This document shows, in pieces, positions 18,604 to 23,449 of a stretch of 23,449 nucleotides of DNA. A program made the position numbers and the translations under genes. The DNA is from a bacterium. Its GTDB lineage: Bacteria; Hydrothermota; Tepidihabitantia; Tepidihabitantales; Tepidihabitantaceae. The stretch is from assembly GCA_046485285.1 (NCBI GenBank), contig JAWOHE010000055.1, positions 1 through 23,449 on the forward strand, written 5' to 3'. Under the pieces are notes generated by a model. It was not told where the DNA came from. It did not search any database and saw only the letters and a list, made by a program, of their open reading frames with translations. Each line of letters begins with the position of its first letter. The stretch's first letter is position 1.

Positions 18604-19487
18604 AGCGTGAAACTCCGCTTCTCGCGCCGGATCAGCGACTCCGCGAGCAGGTTCGTCCCGAGCGCAATTAGGAACAGCACCAGCCCGAGCGCGAACAGGG
18701 CGTAGAAATGGGTCGTGTGAAACGGCGTTTCCCCGAGTTCGACGGCGATTGTCGCGGTAATCGTCCGGACCGGGTCGAACAGCGACTTCGGGATTATCGG
18801 CGCGTTGCCGGCGACCATCAGCACCGCCATCGTCTCGCCGATCGCCCGGCCGAACCCGAGCATCACCGCCGCCAGGATACCCGACTTCGCCGCCGGCAGG
18901 ACGACCCGGACTGCCGTCGCCCAGGGCGTCGCGCCGAGCGCGTAAGCCGCCTCGCGGTAGCTCTGGGGCACGACGCGGAGCGCATCGTCCGACACCGAGA
19001 TGATCGTCGGCAGGGACATCAGCGCCAGCAGGACCCCGGCGTTGAGCAGGTTCAGGCCCGAAGGGACCCCGAACAGCCGGGAGATGAACGGCGCGACGAC
19101 GACCAGCCCGAAGAACCCGAGCACAACCGACGGGAACCCGGCGAACAGCTCGACGACCGTCTTGATGAGCATCCGCAACCGGCCCTTGAGCCGCTCGGAG
19201 ATGAACACCGCCCCGGCGATGCCGAACGGTATCCCGATCGCCAGCGCGATCAGCGTGGTCGCCAGGCTCCCGACCAGCAGCGGCACGAGGCCGTAGGACG
19301 GCTCGCCATAGGCGTCCGGGTTCCAGCGCGTCCCGAACAGGAACCCGCCGACCGGCGTCCCGGAGAAGGTCCGGACCCCGTAGAACACGAGGTAGCCGAG
19401 AATCCCGAACAGCACGACCGCGGCCAAGAGGGCGTTGACCAGGAACACCAGCCGGGCCAGCCGGTCCGAGAAACTGCGCAGCCTCAC
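18600..19487 (-). CDS. pstC: Phosphate ABC transporter permease PstC
   Basis: VELFAGFPSVVLGFFG, REAAYALGAT.W, GRAIGETMAVLMVAGN. Confidence 0.95.
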   Translation of the reverse strand: MRLRSFSDRLARLVFLVNALLAAVVLFGILGYLVFYGVRTFSGTPVGGFLFGTRWNPDAYGEPSYGLVPLLVGSLATTLIALAIGIPFGIAGAVFISERLKGRLRMLIKTVVELFAGFPSVVLGFFGLVVVAPFISRLFGVPSGLNLLNAGVLLALMSLPTIISVSDDALRVVPQSYREAAYALGATPWATAVRVVLPAAKSGILAAVMLGFGRAIGETMAVLMVAGNAPIIPKSLFDPVRTITATIAVELGETPFHTTHFYALFALGLVLFLIALGTNLLAESLIRREKRSFTL

Positions 19488-19493
19488 GTCAGT

Positions 19494-19521
19494 ATCTTGC
19501 CGCGCCCCGGCAGGGTGTCAA
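19494..19521 (-). promoter_or_regulatory. Putative internal sigma70-type promoter before pstC (leaderless)
   Basis: TTGACA-16 bp-CAAGAT, 6 nt before GTG 19487; pstC has no SD. Confidence 0.55.
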
Positions 19522-19547
19522 TACCCCGCCGGGGCGCCGGCCGTCGA

Positions 19548-20411
19548 TTACCTGCCCAGCGCGGCCTCGTTGGCGGCCCGGTAGTCGCTGGTGATCGGGA
19601 AGAACCCCTCCTGGGCGACTATCGCCTGGCCCTCCGGCCCGAGTTCGAAGCGGATGAACTCGCCGGCGTTGCCCTTCGGCCTGCCGCTGGTGTACTGGAA
19701 GAGCGGCCGGGTCAGCGGGTAGAGCCCGGCGTTGACCTTGTCCTCGTCGAGCGGCGAGACGTACTCGCCCGTGCTGTTACGGACCGTGACCGCCTTGACC
19801 CCGGTCGCCTCGCGCAGGTAGCCGACCCCGACGTAGCCGACGCCGGTCTCGTCCGATTTCACCGCCTCGACGATCTGGGCGTTGCCGTTCATCTGGCGCA
19901 TCGCCGTCGCGTACTCGCCCTTGACCACCGCCTCGCGGAAGAACACGAAAGTCCCCGAGCTCGGCTGTCGGCCGTAGAGCGTTATCTTCTTCGCCGGCCC
20001 GCCGACCTCGCTCCAGTTCTTGATCTCACCGCGGTAGATCGCGCCGATCTGCTCCGGGGTCAGCTTCTCGACCGGGCTCTTCTCGCTGACGATGACTGAC
20101 AGGCCGTCAATCCCGATGACGATCTCGACCGGGCTCACGCCGTTGGCGCGGGCGGTCGATATCTCCTTCGACTTGATGTCACGGGAGGCATTGGCGATGT
20201 CACACTCGCCGTTGGTGATCGCGTTGATGCCGACGCCCGAGCCGCCGCCGGTGATCGAGACCGTCACGTCGGGCCGGGCCTTGCTGAACGCCTCGGCCAG
20301 CCGCTGGGTCAGGTTGAGCATCGTATCCGAGCCCTTGACCATCACCTCGCCGGCCTGGATTGTCCCGGCCGCCAGCAGGGCCGCGGCGGCCAGTGTTGTG
20401 AGTCGCTTCAT
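19548..20411 (-). CDS. pstS: Phosphate ABC transporter substrate-binding protein
   Basis: KGSDTM, GGGSGVGI, IANASR, GRQPSSGT, YPLTRPLF. Sec signal without a lipobox Cys; SD AGGAGG. Confidence 0.94.
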   Translation of the reverse strand: MKRLTTLAAAALLAAGTIQAGEVMVKGSDTMLNLTQRLAEAFSKARPDVTVSITGGGSGVGINAITNGECDIANASRDIKSKEISTARANGVSPVEIVIGIDGLSVIVSEKSPVEKLTPEQIGAIYRGEIKNWSEVGGPAKKITLYGRQPSSGTFVFFREAVVKGEYATAMRQMNGNAQIVEAVKSDETGVGYVGVGYLREATGVKAVTVRNSTGEYVSPLDEDKVNAGLYPLTRPLFQYTSGRPKGNAGEFIRFELGPEGQAIVAQEGFFPITSDYRAANEAALGR

Positions 20412-20438
20412 TGCAGTCTTCCTCCTGCTCCCGGCCGC

Positions 20439-21617
20439 CTAGAGCGACAGCGGCGGGATGGTTGCGGACCACTCGAACCGGAACTGGGCCATGAACGTAT
20501 CCTTCGGCTTGCTGGCCTCACGGCGCGCCTGCTCGCGCACCCAGGCGAGCTGGAACTCCATCCCGGGCAGGCCCTTCTCGCGGCGCTGGAGATGCCAGTT
20601 GCCGCCCGCGCCGTAGCGATACAGGCTCTTGTCGAGGTTCACCTCCATCGTGCCGTCGTGCTCCTCCTTGCGCTCCCAGGTGCTGAACCGGCCGAAGACC
20701 TCGAACCTGCGCCGGGCCAGCGTCACCACCGGCATCAGGTCAATGCCCGACTGGGCGTACTTCTTCGACTTCTCGACCAGGGCCGAGTCGACCACCGACC
20801 CGGCCGAGTCGCGGTTGATGCCGTAGTAGCTGAACTGCCGGGTGTAGTTGTAGGCGATGTACTCGCCGTTGAGTGCGACCGGCCCGAATGCCAGCCGGAA
20901 CACCGGGGCTAGTCCGACGATCCCGACGTTGACCGTGTCCGGGTTCAGGTACTTCGTGCCGTCGGAACTGCGGCCGGCCTTGTCGTTCCTGTACCGGCTC
21001 ATGTCCTCGGCATTGTACGTCACCGAGGCGCCGAACATCAGCCCGGCGAGCGGCGTGACCCTGAGATTGGCGAGCAGTTCGGGCGAGGCATTGACGTACT
21101 TGCCGACGTACTTATAGCCCTCGCCATTGTAGACCCCGAGCTGGAGCTCGCCCAGGCCCGAGGGCAGGAAGCCGTTGACGGTCAGGCCGTAGTCGGCGCT
21201 CGCCGCGATGTCCTGGGCATCGGCCAGCGACTTGTCCGGGTGCAGGTAGTCCCACGAGTATACAAGCCCGAAGTAGTGCTTCTGGAGGCCGGCCGTGAGC
21301 AGGAAATCCGGAATCGGCAGGGCGATCTCGGCGAAGGCCTCCTTCAGCCGCACCGTTGCGCCGTCGGCGTACTTGTCCGAGGAGAACATGTCCACCGTGA
21401 GCTTGGTGAACAAGGCGTCGGTCCACCGGTGCGAAAGCCGGACGTACCCGCGCTCGAGCGCGAACCGGCTGATATCCGGGTTGGTGACACCGAACTCCTT
21501 CGACGTGTTGGTGTAACGGAACCAGCCGTTGTGTTCGAGCACGGACTGACCCGGGTCCTGGGCCAGCCCGGTCGCGGTCGCGGCGGCCATGGCCGCCAGC
21601 ACGAACAGGCGCTTCAT
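20439..21617 (-). CDS. Putative phosphate-selective outer-membrane porin (OprO/OprP-like)
   Basis: ATG 21617 after SD AAAGGAG. Signal peptide; amphipathic beta-strands; F.LERGYVR, LGVYNGEG and terminal MAQFRFEW. Located between the Pho-box-like site and pstS. Confidence 0.7.
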   Translation of the reverse strand: MKRLFVLAAMAAATATGLAQDPGQSVLEHNGWFRYTNTSKEFGVTNPDISRFALERGYVRLSHRWTDALFTKLTVDMFSSDKYADGATVRLKEAFAEIALPIPDFLLTAGLQKHYFGLVYSWDYLHPDKSLADAQDIAASADYGLTVNGFLPSGLGELQLGVYNGEGYKYVGKYVNASPELLANLRVTPLAGLMFGASVTYNAEDMSRYRNDKAGRSSDGTKYLNPDTVNVGIVGLAPVFRLAFGPVALNGEYIAYNYTRQFSYYGINRDSAGSVVDSALVEKSKKYAQSGIDLMPVVTLARRRFEVFGRFSTWERKEEHDGTMEVNLDKSLYRYGAGGNWHLQRREKGLPGMEFQLAWVREQARREASKPKDTFMAQFRFEWSATIPPLSL

Positions 21618-21639
21618 CGTGACTCCTTTCATCGTGGCC

Positions 21640-21696
21640 AGATTATCACCCCGGGCTTCAGGCGATTATGGACTGGATGTGAAGATCCGGTGAAGA
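21640..21696 (-). promoter_or_regulatory. Pho-box-like direct repeats plus -10 element upstream of porin-pstS
   Basis: Minus strand TCTTCAC-N4-TCTTCAC-N4-AGTCCAT at exact 11-bp period (21690-96, 21679-85, 21668-74). TAATCT at 21640-21645; no good -35. Confidence 0.7.
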
Positions 21697-21721
21697 GCGC
21701 AACCCGGCGGGCCCAGCCGCG

Positions 21722-22402
21722 CTAGGCGGAGAACTTGTAGCCGATGCCGCGCACGGTCCGGATGTGCTCGCCGGCCGGGCCCAGCTTCTCGCGCAGGTTG
21801 CGCATGTGGGTATCTATCGTCCGGTCAATCACCGGCTTGTCATAACCCCACACCCCCTCGATGAGCTGGTCCCGTGAAAACACCCGCTCCGGGCTCCGGC
21901 AGAGCAACTCGAGCAGGCGGAACTCGGTCGCGGTCAGGTCGAACGCCTTGTCCCCGGCCCGGGCGGTGAACTTCTCGGTGTCCAGCTCGAGCGGCCCGGT
22001 GCGAATCAGCCGCTCCGGCCCGCGCGGAACACCGCTTCGCCTGAGCACCGCACGCACCCGCGACACCAGCTCGCGCGGGCTGAACGGCTTGGTGATATAG
22101 TCGTCGGCCCCGGTCTCCAGGCCCAGCACCCGGTCAGTTTCCTCGGCCCGGGCGGTCAGCATTATCACCGGCACGTGGGCCAGCCGGCTCTCACCCCGCA
22201 GGTAACGGCAGACATCCACCCCGTCCGCGTCGGGCAGGGCGAGGTCCAGCACCAGCAGGTCCGGCACCCGCGTGCTGATGTAGCGGTAGAACCCGCCCGC
22301 ATCGCCGAACCCCTCGACCCGGAACCCGGCCCGCTTCAGATGCAGGGACACGAGTTCGAGAATGTCCGGCTCGTCGTCAACGACTGCAATGGTCTTCGGC
22401 AT
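21722..22402 (-). CDS. phoB: OmpR/PhoB family response regulator
   Basis: Start reassigned to ATG 22402 (MPKTIAVVDDE). LVLD phospho-acceptor, GADDYITKPFSPREL, RTIDTHMRNLREKL, IRTVRGIGY; adjacent to the pst/phoR cluster. Confidence 0.88.
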   Translation of the reverse strand: MPKTIAVVDDEPDILELVSLHLKRAGFRVEGFGDAGGFYRYISTRVPDLLVLDLALPDADGVDVCRYLRGESRLAHVPVIMLTARAEETDRVLGLETGADDYITKPFSPRELVSRVRAVLRRSGVPRGPERLIRTGPLELDTEKFTARAGDKAFDLTATEFRLLELLCRSPERVFSRDQLIEGVWGYDKPVIDRTIDTHMRNLREKLGPAGEHIRTVRGIGYKFSA

Positions 22403-22419
22403 TCTGATCGTCCGGCTCC

Positions 22420-22448
22420 AGAGTAGGCCGCAAACAGGCAACGGTCAA
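22420..22448 (-). promoter_or_regulatory. Sigma70-type promoter of phoB
   Basis: TTGACC-17 bp-TACTCT. Confidence 0.6.
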
Positions 22449-22918
22449 GTCAAGAAATCGTGGAGGACCGGACCGCCGCGAGCCGGACCGGACACAAGGA
22501 CACCAAGGGAATCCCTTCGTCGCCGTCTCCTGCGGGAGCGACATCCCTGTCGCGATTCGTTCCGTCCGGCTAACGTCGCAATTGTGAAACCGCTCCTGCA
22601 TCCGATTCGCGCCTTACGCGAGAGCCCGCACCGCACGGAGCCCACACCCTCCCTCATCTCGCACGACGCGCCGCAGGCCCGCCTGCGCGCGACGCGCGGG
22701 CAGGCCCGCAGGTAATCCGCAACCAGCCACAGCGTCGGGCGCCGCAACCGGCCGTGCTCAAGCCGGCTGAGGTGCGAGTAGAAGCCCGGCTTCCGGCCTA
22801 TCAGGTGCGCCAGCTCGACCAGGCTCAGCCCGGCCCGAAGCCGCAACCCGCGTAACGCCGCACCCGGCGCAACCGTCTCTCCCGGTCCAAAGCCAGCCAC
22901 CTTCACATTACCATCCAT
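22445..22918 (-). pseudogene. XRE-family helix-turn-helix protein, probably truncated or decayed after the HTH domain
   Basis: LRGLRLRAGLSLVELAHLIG....SHLSRLEHGRLRRPTL..VADYLRAC is a clear XRE HTH. It is followed by an imperfect 27-bp duplication and a low-complexity tail running through REP-like DNA into the phoB promoter. Confidence 0.6.
22531..22600. repeat. REP-like inverted doublet (REPIN-like)
   Basis: TGCGGGAGCGACATCCCTGTCGCGAT (22531-22556, internal hairpin GCGACA/TGTCGC) faces TGCAGGAGCGGTTTCACAATTGCGA on the minus strand (22576-22600). The outer 10-mers match 9/10. Confidence 0.45.
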
Positions 22919-22923
22919 AGCCT

Positions 22924-22961
22924 ATGTTAGTAGAAACTAACGGCCCGGTCAATCTCGAGAT
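22924..22961 (-). promoter_or_regulatory. Leaderless sigma70-type promoter of the XRE gene with overlapping palindromic operator
   Basis: TTGACC-17 bp-TAACAT, 5 nt before ATG 22918. Palindrome GTTAGT-AGAA-ACTAAC (22926-22941) overlaps the -10; ATCTCGAGAT (22952-22961) abuts the -35. Confidence 0.65.
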
Positions 22962-23028
22962 CGTCACAACCGATTGGAAAATCAGCACTTGATTCACCTC
23001 TGAATTTACCCCCTCCCCCATACCCGGT

Positions 23029-23244
23029 ATTACTCCCCCAGTAACTCCGGGGGTTACTCCGGGAGTAACTCCCGGGGTTACTCCCGGTGTTACTCCGGGG
23101 GTTACTCCGGGGGTTACTGGGGTAGTTACTCCGGGGGTTACTCCCGGGGTTACTGGGGGAGTAACTGGGGTAGTTACTGGGGGAGTTACTCCGGGGGTAA
23201 CTGGGGGAGTTGCTCCGGGAGTTACTGGGGGAGTAACTCCGGGA
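23029..23244. repeat. 12-bp self-complementary tandem array, 17 clear units plus 1 degenerate unit
   Basis: Units from 23041 follow GTWACT-(CCSGG or GGGGK)-N with no indels. GTWAC is present in 16/17 units, CCSGG in 11/17 and GGGGG/GGGGT in 6/17. Confidence 0.97.
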
Positions 23245-23264
23245 GTGCGGGTGGGGGTCGGACA

Positions 23265-23449
23265 GTTGCGTGCCATAATGTCTGCAAATTGGCAAAGAGA
23301 GAGTGGCCATTGAGCCGTGCCGCATTCCGATGAGAATGTGGCGTCAGTTATGATCGAAAGGAGGCTCGAATGGCCACAAGAAGAATGACCGATAGTAACA
23401 CAGCCGAGGCGCCCGGACAAGGGTTTCTACTGGATGACCCGGAAGTGCT
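23265..23449 (+). mobile_element. Left end of an IS256-family insertion sequence (runs off the window)
   Basis: The terminal sequence is an inverted match to 187-224. GC content drops, and an SD-led ORF resembling an IS256 transposase N-terminus follows. Confidence 0.7.
23370..23449 (+). CDS. Probable IS256-family transposase, N-terminal fragment
   Basis: SD AGGAGG (23359-23364), ATG 23370; MATRRMTDSNTAEAPGQGFLLDDPEV. The LLDDP motif recalls N-termini of a subgroup of IS256 transposases; only 26 codons are visible. Confidence 0.6.
   Translation, partial: MATRRMTDSNTAEAPGQGFLLDDPEV

Noticed and set aside
16615..20099. Long + strand ORFs (696 aa and 463 aa)
   Set aside because: Antisense shadows of phoU/pstB/pstA/pstC/pstS, typical of high-GC codon bias; no independent motifs.
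6864..21721. Intrinsic terminators at convergent or operon ends (6864-6875, 12444-12450, 19522-19547, 21697-21721)
   Set aside because: Only short GC stems without U-tracts; not distinguishable from background.
22489..22508. GGACACAAGGACACCAAGG short direct repeat reminiscent of motifs near GxxExxY genes
   Set aside because: Only two short copies, with no inverted partner or associated gene in the window.
23029..23244. Possible CRISPR array
   Set aside because: Contiguous 12-bp units with no unique spacers, and no cas genes.
23299..23311. AGAGTGGCCATT resembles part of a SMART/SfiI cDNA adapter
   Set aside because: Short match embedded in a coherent IS end; the remainder of the adapter is absent.
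22927..23325. ORF with (SNPR/SYSP)n repeats
   Set aside because: Alternative-frame translation of the 12-bp array; it starts within the IS and has no SD.

Overview
GC-rich bacterial chromosomal segment from a diderm organism (lpxH, a beta-barrel porin, non-lipidated PstS). A secreted LVIVD beta-propeller with a T9SS-CTD-like tail suggests an FCB-related lineage such as candidate division WOR-3 (inference). Most of the window is housekeeping: ribBA-ribH-nusB-metallophosphoesterase (-); accD plus an orphan MalK/MsmX ATPase (+); a DUF554 membrane protein (-); glgC-APH/AAA kinase-lpxH-Gate membrane protein-CMD/AhpD (+); a DUF5674 gene pair, a GNAT and a VOC gene (-); and a complete Pho locus phoB-porin-pstS-pstC-pstA-pstB-phoU-phoR (-) with a Pho-box-like site. 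The ends are the unusual parts. The left edge carries a 5'-truncated purK (absent from the ORF track) fused to a short IS256-type right end. The right edge carries a REP-like doublet, a probably decayed XRE-HTH gene with a palindromic operator, a 12-bp self-complementary tandem array (17-18 units), and the left end plus transposase start of a matching IS256-family element. About eight genes appear to be transcribed leaderless from sigma70-type promoters. No rRNA, tRNA or CRISPR array was seen. All calls come from reading the sequence; no searches were run.
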